Below are positions 46,401-55,095 of a stretch of DNA of 64,000 nt, piece by piece. The notes under the pieces were generated by a model. It was given only the letters and a program-made list of their open reading frames with translations. It searched no databases and was not told the origin of the DNA. Numbering within the stretch: position 1 is the first letter of the stretch; each line of letters starts with the position of its first letter. The stretch lies in contig CALHLD010000014.1 in assembly GCA_938034445.1 (NCBI GenBank), positions 4,907 to 68,906 on the forward strand, written 5' to 3'. This DNA is from an uncultured archaeon. GTDB lineage: Archaea; Thermoproteota; Nitrososphaeria; JACIWG01. The position numbers and the translations under genes were made by a program.

Positions 46401-47399
46401 GTGCCGTGTTTGCTAAAGGAAGTGGTAGGTGGAATACTGTGTGGTGGAATGGGGAAAAGGTTAAGGCCTATAACAGACTCTATACCAAAATCTTTAATAG
46501 AAATAAAGGATAACTATACTATTCTAGATCGCCAACTTTTTCAGATGAAACATGCTGGTATATCTAAAGTTTATCTTCTAGCTGGATATTTATATGAAAA
46601 AATAAAGGAAAGATATAATAGCTACTGGAATGGTCTTGAGATAGAATATTATGTAGAGGATAGGCCTAGAGGTACACTTTTTGCAATTAACAATTTACTT
46701 AAAATCTCGGATTCGAAATATTATCTTGTAATGAACGGTGATATTGTAACAGATTTAAACCTTCGACTTTTGATAAACCAATCTTTAGAAAATGCTGTCA
46801 CAATAGCTGTTACAAAGCTTGTTTCACCATATGGTATAGTTGAACTTTCTAACGGTAAAATCATTGGCTTTAAAGAAAAACCAACATTACCATATTATAT
46901 AAATGCAGGCATATATTTAATTGATGCAAGATTAAAAGAATACTTTTTCGCATATGAGGAAGGGGATGTTGAGAAAACAGTCTTTCCCTATTTAGCCAAA
47001 AACGGTCTCTTAAACTATTATATGGAAGAGGATACATTCTGGCAATCTATAGATTCACAAAAGGATCTTGAATTCGTAAGGAAGGAATTCGTTAACAGAA
47101 CTGACAGGCCATGGGGTTACGAAAAAATAATAGCGGAAACAGAAAACTATCTTACAGTACAGTATTATATAATGAAGGATTCAATTTTACCATTACACCA
47201 TCATGAAAAAAGGGATGAAACACTACATATACTTTCAGGTGAAGGGTACCTTTATATTGAAAATGAAAAGATAAAGCTTTCAAAAGATGATGTCATACGT
47301 GTACTCCCAAAACAGAAGCATAAGATAGTCGCGTTAGAAGCATTAAAAATACTTTCATATTCTACATCATGTCCAGATGATTATATACAGGATGAATAA
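46401..47399 (+). CDS. Sugar-phosphate nucleotidyltransferase fused to C-terminal cupin (mannose-6-P isomerase type II-like)
   Basis: 332 aa. GGILCGGMGKRLRPITDSIPKSL NTP-transferase motif. C-terminal cupin HHHEKRDETLHILSGEGYLYIENE. GTG start (may start a few codons downstream). Confidence 0.7.
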   Translation: MPCLLKEVVGGILCGGMGKRLRPITDSIPKSLIEIKDNYTILDRQLFQMKHAGISKVYLLAGYLYEKIKERYNSYWNGLEIEYYVEDRPRGTLFAINNLLKISDSKYYLVMNGDIVTDLNLRLLINQSLENAVTIAVTKLVSPYGIVELSNGKIIGFKEKPTLPYYINAGIYLIDARLKEYFFAYEEGDVEKTVFPYLAKNGLLNYYMEEDTFWQSIDSQKDLEFVRKEFVNRTDRPWGYEKIIAETENYLTVQYYIMKDSILPLHHHEKRDETLHILSGEGYLYIENEKIKLSKDDVIRVLPKQKHKIVALEALKILSYSTSCPDDYIQDE

Positions 47400-47407
47400 A
47401 GTTGACC

Positions 47408-48115
47408 CTAGAAAGGCGGTGGTGGTGGAAGAACTTTTTCCGGTTGAACTCCCTCCGCAGTGCCTATTACCTCATCCAAAATACTTCCTAAGGATCTCGC
47501 TACAAAAACTCCAATAATAAGGTCAATTATTGCTCCTATAATCCATAAAGCTCCACTTATTGCAGCACCTATTAATGAAATAATAAACACTAAAACCAGC
47601 CAAATAAGATACTTAACAAAACCAATCCTATTTATTATACTCCAATTTTCACTAAATGCAAAGATTTTCATAAAATTGTTTGTTTTTATCATGTTTCCTA
47701 CAGCAATAACACCAACTATCATGAAAGCAAATAATAAGATAATCGCTAAAATCACGGGAACAAACAAAAACCCTCTAAACAAAATTCCAGGCGAAAATAT
47801 TTGCCCCATTTCCCACGACTCTAATGGCGCAAACATTAGAAGAGATATGCTGAGTAAAATGATTGGAATAAGCGCGTAAACTATTACAGCAACAATAATC
47901 TTTAATCCTTCAAAAAACAATTTACCATAATCTGAAACTATTGGTGGCTCACTAATTTTCCTCCCTTCCCTTATTATTCTTCCTAAGTACCCTACTACAA
48001 TAAAGTTGACAATAGGAATAATGCTTAAGATTATTAAAATTATAAGATTTCCAATTTTTGAAAAAAGTTTACCAGTAAACCTTCCAGCTTCATCAAAATT
48101 TTCCACAATTTCCAT
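47408..48115 (-). CDS. Polytopic membrane protein, DUF4013-like
   Basis: 235 aa. About 6 TM helices. Short cytosolic N-terminus. Ends PPPPPF. Confidence 0.45.
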   Translation of the reverse strand: MEIVENFDEAGRFTGKLFSKIGNLIILIILSIIPIVNFIVVGYLGRIIREGRKISEPPIVSDYGKLFFEGLKIIVAVIVYALIPIILLSISLLMFAPLESWEMGQIFSPGILFRGFLFVPVILAIILLFAFMIVGVIAVGNMIKTNNFMKIFAFSENWSIINRIGFVKYLIWLVLVFIISLIGAAISGALWIIGAIIDLIIGVFVARSLGSILDEVIGTAEGVQPEKVLPPPPPF

Positions 48116-48190
48116 ACTATATTGTTAATCATTGATATATATAAACATTAAAAAAATATTTATAAAGTGTAAGGCAACAAGAAAATTTAT

Positions 48191-48814
48191 ATGTCGTTAA
48201 TTAATGAATTAAAAAGTTTCATGATAAAAAAATATGCGGGCCCGCAAGAATATTTTAATCATGTACATGTAGCCTTACTAATATATTGTCTTGGAGAAAA
48301 TGCTCCAAAAAGTAGGTTCGAACTCTCTCAATTCTTGGGTCTTGGTGAAGGCTCTGTAAGAACTGTTCTTAAAAGGCTAAAAGCTAACTCTATAATTTAT
48401 ATAACAAAAAAGGGTGTTTACTTAAGCGAAAAAGGTTTAACCTTTTATAATGAATTCAAAAAGGTATTTCCCTTAATAATCGAAGATAAAATTTATTCAC
48501 TTGCACCATGCAAATATAATGTAATTGTTTTAGCAAAAAAATTAATGAATAAAGTGTCTCAAGGGATAGAGCAAAGGGATCAAGCAATAAAATATGGTGC
48601 TAATGGCGCGATTACATTAGTTTATGAAAAAGAAAGTTTCAAGTTTCCGAACACTAAGGAAAACGTAGAACAACTTTATCCAAGTGAATTTTGGAGTAAA
48701 ATAAGGTCTTTAGGGCAGCCTGAAGATGGGGATGTATTAATAATATGTTTTGCAGAAGATAGGCAAAAGGCGTATATTGGATGTTTTGCAGCTGCTTTAT
48801 CCCTTTTCTCATAA
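48191..48814 (+). CDS. Putative winged-helix DNA-binding regulator (hypothetical, DUF4443-like)
   Basis: 207 aa. wHTH-like N-terminus (SRFELSQFLGLGEGSVRTVLKRLKANSIIYITKKGVYLSEKG). Uncharacterised C-domain. Immediately upstream of the CDF transporter. Confidence 0.4.
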   Translation: MSLINELKSFMIKKYAGPQEYFNHVHVALLIYCLGENAPKSRFELSQFLGLGEGSVRTVLKRLKANSIIYITKKGVYLSEKGLTFYNEFKKVFPLIIEDKIYSLAPCKYNVIVLAKKLMNKVSQGIEQRDQAIKYGANGAITLVYEKESFKFPNTKENVEQLYPSEFWSKIRSLGQPEDGDVLIICFAEDRQKAYIGCFAAALSLFS

Positions 48815-48885
48815 ATAATTTGCTTTCAATAAAGTTATATTTGGTGGCAATACCTATATCCTCCAATAAAATATAGTGTGGTCTG

Positions 48886-50229
48886 ATGTATGACTCTAAA
48901 ATCAAGACATTAAAATTATCATTATATGCAATATTATCTGTGGTTTTAGTGGAATTTTTGGGTGGTTTATTAGCGAATAGCATGGCTGTTCTAAGCGATT
49001 CTGCTCACGCTCTATTTGATGCTTTAACAACTTTCTGGTTAATGTATGCGGTGAAACTTTCACTTAAACCTCCAGATGAGGAACACACCTATGGTCATTC
49101 GAAAATTGAAACACTAGGCAGCCTGTTTGGGGGATTATCTCTTATGGGAATAAGTTTATTCATTTTATATGAAGCCACAATAAGGTTTTTAATAGGAACA
49201 AAGGTGTCTTTAGATTTTGCTCCAATTGCAATATTTTCAGTACTATATACGATGTTTGTTGATGTATACAGAGTTTTTATCCTTTCAAAAAATGATACCA
49301 CTGTAATTAGAGCAAATCTTTTACATGCGGTAGCCGATTTTTCTTCAACAATAATCGCGCTTTTAGGCATTTCTGCAGCGTGGATGGGTTTTAGTCACTT
49401 TGACTCTATAGCCTCCATTATTCTATCTATCCTTTTAGGCTTTCTTAGCATAAGATTAATTTATACAAGTGCAGTTGAACTAAGTGATGTTGCGCCAAAA
49501 AAGGATTATCAAAAAATCAAGTCTATTATAGAAGATATGCATGATATTAAAGGCTTTAAATCTTTTAGGATGAGAAAAGTTGGCGAGCAATATTTTGTTG
49601 AAATGACTGTTCTATTATCTTCAAAGATTGATGTTGATAAAGCTCATGAAATAATATCAAAGGTTGAAAAAAGGATCGGTGACGCTATCAAAAACGTAAC
49701 TGCAACTATACACTATGAGCCTGTTGAAGAAGAGCTATCATTAACGGAGAAGATTGAAAAAATTGCTTTAAAAAATGGTTATGTGAAAGGTGTACATCAA
49801 ATTATAGTAACAAAAACCAAAGATGGTTACATATTAACCCTTCATATTGAAATGGATCCGAATATGTCCCTTTCTAAAGCTCATCAAATTTCAGAAAAAA
49901 TAGAAGAAGAAATTAAAACAGTGTTTCCACTACTACAGAAAACAACTATACACATTGAAAGCTATCCTAGAACAGATGATGGGGAAATAATATATGATGA
50001 AAGTTTAACAAATCAAATACTAAAAATACTTAATTTAAATCAAAAGGTTAAAAAAGTTTCATCAATAAGAGTGTACAGAAGCTCAGGAAACAAGTATATC
50101 GACATATCATGTTCGTTCCCAGAAAATTTGAAAATTGAAGAAGTCCATAAAGAAATAAGTTACATCGAAGGCGTGATTAAAACAACATTAGGTGAATACA
50201 TTGTTACGATACATCCTGAACCTGTATAG
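48886..50229 (+). CDS. Cation diffusion facilitator (CDF) metal efflux transporter with triplicated C-terminal domain
   Basis: 447 aa. 6-TM CDF core with metal-site motifs (SDSAHALFD in TM2, HAVADF in TM5). Followed by three tandem about 70-aa CDF C-terminal-domain-like repeats, each carrying xAHxI and an IH(Y/I/P)EP ending. Confidence 0.85.
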   Translation: MYDSKIKTLKLSLYAILSVVLVEFLGGLLANSMAVLSDSAHALFDALTTFWLMYAVKLSLKPPDEEHTYGHSKIETLGSLFGGLSLMGISLFILYEATIRFLIGTKVSLDFAPIAIFSVLYTMFVDVYRVFILSKNDTTVIRANLLHAVADFSSTIIALLGISAAWMGFSHFDSIASIILSILLGFLSIRLIYTSAVELSDVAPKKDYQKIKSIIEDMHDIKGFKSFRMRKVGEQYFVEMTVLLSSKIDVDKAHEIISKVEKRIGDAIKNVTATIHYEPVEEELSLTEKIEKIALKNGYVKGVHQIIVTKTKDGYILTLHIEMDPNMSLSKAHQISEKIEEEIKTVFPLLQKTTIHIESYPRTDDGEIIYDESLTNQILKILNLNQKVKKVSSIRVYRSSGNKYIDISCSFPENLKIEEVHKEISYIEGVIKTTLGEYIVTIHPEPV

Positions 50230-50267
50230 TTTCTGTGAATGTGTTTAAGTAAAGTTTATTAAATTGG

Positions 50268-50798
50268 TTGGATTATCCATCCAAGATGGAAAGTAGAAAA
50301 CTTGCCCTAATAACAATATTAACCGCAACCACAGTCGTATCAAGAATACTACTTGCACCACTTCCAAATATCAAACCAGTTTCCTTCTTCACACTATTTT
50401 CTGGGCTCTTAGCCGGTCCTATTGTAGGCTTTCTTGTAGGCTTCCTTTCAATGATTATAACTGACATTCTATTCTTTGGTTCAGGTGTTTGGACAATGGT
50501 CACTGCTTCAGCTATGGGGCTTGTTGGTGTTTTGGGCTCCCTGTTTATAAAATTTAATGGTGGAATTTCACGGTTTAATCTATTTCTTCTTGGATTTTTT
50601 GCGACACTTTTCTATGATCTACTTACCTCCATTACTCTAGCATATATTTTTAATTATTCTATTGTCATTGCTTTGATTATGCTCTTTTTTCCTTCGCCTT
50701 ATCCGTTCGGCCCTGTTCATGAATTTGTTAATGCAATGTTGTCTTCTCTAGCCATTCCAGAAATTTTTTCTAGGTTGAGGGGTGTTAAGGTTGGATAA
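50268..50798 (+). CDS. Small polytopic membrane protein, ECF-transporter S-component-like
   Basis: 176 aa. 5-6 TM helices. No soluble domains. Overlaps the downstream DUF4430 gene. Confidence 0.4.
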   Translation: MDYPSKMESRKLALITILTATTVVSRILLAPLPNIKPVSFFTLFSGLLAGPIVGFLVGFLSMIITDILFFGSGVWTMVTASAMGLVGVLGSLFIKFNGGISRFNLFLLGFFATLFYDLLTSITLAYIFNYSIVIALIMLFFPSPYPFGPVHEFVNAMLSSLAIPEIFSRLRGVKVG

Positions 50799-51243
50799 GC
50801 TTAAGTTGCTTGTCATATTTTTGCTTTTCTGGGCTACTTTTGCCTCTGTTTTTGCTGCCTCATACTTTAATCGTGTTGAACTTTTAGAAAAGGAGGTTTC
50901 TTCTCTAAAAGATTTTAAAGAATCTTTGCAAAAAAATGCTACTGTTGTAGTTGTAATAAATTTTGGGAACGGTACTGTTTTTGCTAAAGCAGTGTACTTT
51001 AATCTTGATACCAGTTTTTCTGTTCTTAATGCGACATTATCTGCTGTAAGTGGAAGAATGGAGTACACTTATTCTGAAAAATTTGGTGATGTTTTTGTAA
51101 CTAGAATTTTTGGTGTGGAAAATGATGTTAATGCCTCAAAATATTGGATGTTTTATGTTAATGGTGAGCTATCACAGACTGGTGCTTTAAAGACTAAGGT
51201 TTCCCATAATGATGTTATAGAATGGCGTTATGAAAAATTCTAA
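50782..51243 (+). CDS. DUF4430 domain secreted protein (BtuG/transcobalamin-like fold)
   Basis: 153 aa. N-terminal signal/anchor. VVVINFGNGTVFAKAVYF...KFGDVFVTRIFGVEN...KYWMFYVNGELSQTGA...NDVIEWRYE matches the DUF4430 signature. Confidence 0.6.
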   Translation: MLRLDKLKLLVIFLLFWATFASVFAASYFNRVELLEKEVSSLKDFKESLQKNATVVVVINFGNGTVFAKAVYFNLDTSFSVLNATLSAVSGRMEYTYSEKFGDVFVTRIFGVENDVNASKYWMFYVNGELSQTGALKTKVSHNDVIEWRYEKF

Positions 51244-51314
51244 CTAGATTATTTTTGTTAAAAATAAAAACTATTAATAAGGGTGTTCATAGGGAGTTTG
51301 TAAGGAAGAGTGGT

Positions 51315-51806
51315 ATGTCTTCGTCTGAATTTAGGCATGTTGTAAGGTTGGGTGGTAGGGACTTAAACGGTAAAAAGAAGCTCATGGCAGCTTTAGCTGA
51401 TATAAAGGGTATTGGTTTTACTACTGCAAATGCTATAATCAATAAGCTTAACCTTGACCCAAATGTTAGGCTTGGTTCACTGTCTGAAACTGATTTGAAA
51501 AAGGTTGATGATTGTGTGAAGGCTTTAAATTCCTTTATTGAATTACCATATCTTTTGAATAGGAGAAAAGATCCTTCTTCTGGGTCAAATGTTCATTTGA
51601 TAGGCTCTGATCTAGAATTTATGGTAAAAGAGGATATTAGAAGAGAGAAGGAGATTATGAGCTGGAGGGGTGTAAGACACTCTCTAGGCCTTAAGGTTCG
51701 CGGTCAAAGGACTAGAACTACTGGAAGAAAGGGTATGACTGTTGGTGTTAGGAAGGGTGCTGCTAAAACTCAGCCTTCCGGCGGTCAAGAAAAAGGTAAA
51801 AAGTGA
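51315..51806 (+). CDS. rps13: Ribosomal protein uS13
   Basis: MSSSEFRHVVRLGGRDLNGKKKLMAALADIKGIG. Start chosen at the ATG matching the S13 N-terminus (track ORF is 20 codons longer). Confidence 0.9.
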   Translation: MSSSEFRHVVRLGGRDLNGKKKLMAALADIKGIGFTTANAIINKLNLDPNVRLGSLSETDLKKVDDCVKALNSFIELPYLLNRRKDPSSGSNVHLIGSDLEFMVKEDIRREKEIMSWRGVRHSLGLKVRGQRTRTTGRKGMTVGVRKGAAKTQPSGGQEKGKK

Positions 51807-51894
51807 AATTACCATGAATTATCCTATTTTAAAAATCTTTATAACGGGATTGTTTATTAGGCGGGCGCGGAGGCTGTTGTAGAGGTGCTAATTT

Positions 51895-52404
51895 ATGGGA
51901 GACCCTAAAAAGCCTAGAAAAAAATATACTTCTCCAAAAATGCCCTGGAGAAGTGATATTCTTGCATCTGAGCTCCAACTGTTGGGCACCTATGGTTTAA
52001 GAAATAAGCGTGAACTTTGGAAAGCTAAGACTATTCTATCAAAAATTAGGGGTCAGGCTAGGCTACTTTTGGCCATGTCAGAAAATGAGAGGAAGGTTAA
52101 AGAAAGTATTTTGTTGAAAAAGCTTTTGAGATATGGTTTTGTTCATGAAGGTTCGACTTTAGATGATATTTTGAACTTGACGGTTGAAGATATATTAGAG
52201 AGAAGGCTTCAGACTATTGTTTGGAGGAAAGGTTTAGCTAAGTCCCCCTATCAAGCAAGGCAGTTTATTGTACATGGTCACATAGTTATGAATGGTCGTG
52301 TTGTCAGACGACCTGGAATGTTTGTTATGGTTGAAGATGAAGACTCCATTAGGTTAAGAGACGATAGTCCATTAAAGGTTGTCTTGGAGGCTCGAAAGGG
52401 TTGA
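51895..52404 (+). CDS. rps4: Ribosomal protein uS4
   Basis: 169 aa. MGDPKKPRKKYTSP N-terminus. S4 RNA-binding domain. Confidence 0.92.
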   Translation: MGDPKKPRKKYTSPKMPWRSDILASELQLLGTYGLRNKRELWKAKTILSKIRGQARLLLAMSENERKVKESILLKKLLRYGFVHEGSTLDDILNLTVEDILERRLQTIVWRKGLAKSPYQARQFIVHGHIVMNGRVVRRPGMFVMVEDEDSIRLRDDSPLKVVLEARKG

Positions 52405-52409
52405 TTTAA

Positions 52410-52817
52410 ATGTCTACACCAACTTCTTCCCAAGAGGAAAGGTGGGCTGTTGTACACATTTACAGCTCATACAACAACACAATAGTCCACTTCACGGACC
52501 TTTCCGGTGCAGAAACTATTGCAATAAGCTCAGGCGGCCGCCATGTTAAAGCAGACAGGTTTGAGTCTTCACCTTATGCTGCCATTAAGTCTGCAATGGC
52601 ATGTGCTGAAGAAGCAAAAAGGAAGGGTATAACCTCTATTATAATAAAGGTTCGTGCTGTTGGTGGTACTGGTCCTAGAGTTCCTGGTCCAGGTCTTAAT
52701 GCAGCTTTAAGGGCTCTTGCCAGAGCAGGTTTCAAGATAGCAAGAATTGAAGATGTAACACCTATACCTCATGATACAACACGTAAGCCTGGTGGAAGAA
52801 GGGGTAGGAGAGCATAG
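52410..52817 (+). CDS. rps11: Ribosomal protein uS11
   Basis: 135 aa. S11 family. Confidence 0.92.
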   Translation: MSTPTSSQEERWAVVHIYSSYNNTIVHFTDLSGAETIAISSGGRHVKADRFESSPYAAIKSAMACAEEAKRKGITSIIIKVRAVGGTGPRVPGPGLNAALRALARAGFKIARIEDVTPIPHDTTRKPGGRRGRRA

Positions 52818-52818
52818 T

Positions 52819-53649
52819 ATGCCAGTTAAGGTTCTTGAAGAATCTTATGATAAAATTAAGGTTCTATTCGAAGGCTATCCACGAATATATGTGAATGCGA
52901 TTAGAAGAGCTGCTCTCTCTCTTGTGCCAGTAATGGCTATTGATGACGTTGTTATCTTAGAAAACTCATCCTCTTTCTATGATGAAGTTATAGCTCACAG
53001 ACTCGCTATGCTCCCATTAAAGACTCCTGTTGGAAAATACGTTCTTCCAGCGGAATGCGATTGTAAAAGCTCTCTAGGCTGTCCAAGATGCCGTGTTCTT
53101 CTTGTTCTGGACGTGGAAGCTGGTGATAGAGTTCGAACAGTTTACTCTGGAGAACTCGTGTCTGAAGACGAGGATGTGAAGCCAATTTCACCTAACATCC
53201 CTATACTGAAACTTTCTCCGGGACAGAAGGTTAAGCTTGAAGCTTACGCGAAACTGGGTAGAGGGAAGGACCATTCAAAATGGCAGGCTGCAACTATTTC
53301 TGTACTTAAGTCGTATCCAATAATAGTTAAAGGTAAATCTTGTGATAATTGTGGCTTATGTGTTGATGCATGTGTTAAAAACGTTTTTTCTATAAAAGAC
53401 GGTCTTCTCCAGATTGAGAATCCCTTAAACTGTAGCCTTTGTATGCAATGTGTTAAAGTCTGTAAGTCTGATCCGAAGGGTATAAGTGTGGAAGAAGCTG
53501 ATGACAAATTTATCTTGATTATTGAAAGTGTTGGTTCAATGTCTGCTAGAGAAATATTACTTGGTGCAATTAAAGAGATAATGTCACAAGTTGATAAAAT
53601 GATTGATAATATCTCTAATGTGGTGGTTGAAGTTGAAAAGAAGAGCTAA
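52819..53649 (+). CDS. rpoD: DNA-directed RNA polymerase subunit D (Rpb3 homolog) with 4Fe-4S ferredoxin-like insertion
   Basis: MPVKVLEES start right after the S11 stop. Two Cys clusters: CDNCGLCVDACV and CSLCMQCVKVCK. Confidence 0.88.
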   Translation: MPVKVLEESYDKIKVLFEGYPRIYVNAIRRAALSLVPVMAIDDVVILENSSSFYDEVIAHRLAMLPLKTPVGKYVLPAECDCKSSLGCPRCRVLLVLDVEAGDRVRTVYSGELVSEDEDVKPISPNIPILKLSPGQKVKLEAYAKLGRGKDHSKWQAATISVLKSYPIIVKGKSCDNCGLCVDACVKNVFSIKDGLLQIENPLNCSLCMQCVKVCKSDPKGISVEEADDKFILIIESVGSMSAREILLGAIKEIMSQVDKMIDNISNVVVEVEKKS

Positions 53650-53995
53650 CAATCCTATAATAAAAGAGGCTGTTAAAAAAATTAGAAGTGTATCTAAAAC
53701 TGGAAATGAAAAATTTTGGTCTAGTGTTGAGGAGATGATACTTAGGCCGAGGTCTAGGCGTCCTGAAGTTAATGTTGGTAAAATTTCTAAGTTGACTAAA
53801 GAAAATGATGTTGTTCTTGTGCCTGGAAAGCTTTTAGGTGACGGGCTAATAGATCATCCTATTACAATAGGAGCCCTTTTTGCATCAAAAAGTGCTATAA
53901 AAAAGATTGTGGAAGCCGGCGGCACCTTCTTGTCTTTAACAGAATTTATAGAACGCTTTCCTGACGGCTCTAACGTTAAATTATTTGGTGGTTGA
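53618..53995 (+). CDS. rpl18e: Ribosomal protein eL18
   Basis: KRRANNPIIKEAVKKIRSVS...FWSSVEEMILRPRSRRPEVNVGKISKL matches L18e. Start overlaps the rpoD 3' end. Confidence 0.85.
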   Translation: MWWLKLKRRANNPIIKEAVKKIRSVSKTGNEKFWSSVEEMILRPRSRRPEVNVGKISKLTKENDVVLVPGKLLGDGLIDHPITIGALFASKSAIKKIVEAGGTFLSLTEFIERFPDGSNVKLFGG

Positions 53996-54438
53996 AGATG
54001 GTTGGGCAGGAAAAGATTATTGTGGTTGATGGAACAGGACATATTCTTGGACGTCTTGCTTCAAAGGTCGCTAAGCTTCTTTTGGAAGGAAACCGAGTAG
54101 TTATAGTGAATTCGGAGAAGATTCTGCTTTCTGGTTCTAGAAAGTCTAAAATTAATGAATTTCTTTCATACTTAGAGATTAAAAGTAGAGTTAATCCAGA
54201 ATATGGGCCATATCATCCTAGACGTCCGGAAAATATTGTCTCAAGAACAGTTAGGGGCATGCTTCCTATAAGGAAAAGCAAGGGTGCGTTAGCATATGAT
54301 CGTTTAAAAGTGTTTCGTGGAGTCCCCAAAGAATATGAAAATGTTGAAAAAGTGGTCTTTCCTGAGGCTATGGCAAAAAAACCAATATCATTTTATATTA
54401 GTGTTGGTGAGGTTTCACAGCATTTAGAAAGCAGGTGA
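53992..54438 (+). CDS. rpl13: Ribosomal protein uL13
   Basis: 148 aa. IVVDGTGHILGRLASKVAKLLLEGNRVVIVN. Confidence 0.9.
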   Translation: MKMVGQEKIIVVDGTGHILGRLASKVAKLLLEGNRVVIVNSEKILLSGSRKSKINEFLSYLEIKSRVNPEYGPYHPRRPENIVSRTVRGMLPIRKSKGALAYDRLKVFRGVPKEYENVEKVVFPEAMAKKPISFYISVGEVSQHLESR

Positions 54439-54445
54439 AGGTCTG

Positions 54446-54850
54446 ATGGCTAAAAAGATAGTGCAGTCGGATGGATGGCGTAAGACAGCTTACGCTCAAG
54501 CTACTGTAACATCCGGTCAAGGAAGAGTTTGGATAAACAATGTTCCAGTTGAAATACTTCAACCTGAGTTTGCAAGGTTAAGAATAATGACCCCCCTGCT
54601 TTTGGCTAAAGAAATATCGAATAAAGTTGATATTAATGTAAAGGTTAGCGGTGGTGGTTTTATGAGTAGGGCTGAAGCCTGCGCGATGGCAATATCACGT
54701 GCTCTTGTTAAATGGAGTGGCTCTGAAGAATTGAAGAAACGTTTTCTTGAATATGATAGATATCTTATTGTAGGCGACCCCCGACAGGCTGAACCAAAGA
54801 AGTTTGGTGGTCCAGGTCCAAGGAGAAGACGTCAGAAGTCCTATAGGTGA
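54446..54850 (+). CDS. rps9: Ribosomal protein uS9
   Basis: 134 aa. Ends with the basic [13 protein letters not shown] tail. Confidence 0.92.
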   Translation: MAKKIVQSDGWRKTAYAQATVTSGQGRVWINNVPVEILQPEFARLRIMTPLLLAKEISNKVDINVKVSGGGFMSRAEACAMAISRALVKWSGSEELKKRFLEYDRYLIVGDPRQAEPKKFGGPGPRRRRQKSYR

Positions 54851-54857
54851 AAATGCT

Positions 54858-55091
54858 ATGATGTTTCCTGTTAGATGTTTCACATGCGGTTCCCTTATAG
54901 GGGATAAATACGAAGAGTTCAAGAAACGTGTTGGAATGGGCGAGGATCCTGGAAAGGTTTTAGACGATCTCGGTATTAAAAGATACTGCTGTAGAAGAAT
55001 GTTCATCACAAATGTTGACATAATAGACCAAATTCTACCATATGAGGAGTCAGTGTATAGAAAGGGTAAAGAATATCAAGTTACAAGGTGA
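54858..55091 (+). CDS. rpoN: DNA-directed RNA polymerase subunit N (Rpb10 homolog)
   Basis: [21 protein letters not shown]...YCCRRM zinc-bundle motif. Carries a C-terminal extension of about 12 aa. Confidence 0.85.
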   Translation: MMFPVRCFTCGSLIGDKYEEFKKRVGMGEDPGKVLDDLGIKRYCCRRMFITNVDIIDQILPYEESVYRKGKEYQVTR

Positions 55092-55095
55092 TTGT

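Noticed and set aside
47460-47879. 139-aa plus-strand ORF
   Set aside because: Antisense to the 235-aa membrane protein. A hydrophobic mirror translation is typical of the antisense of TM-rich genes.
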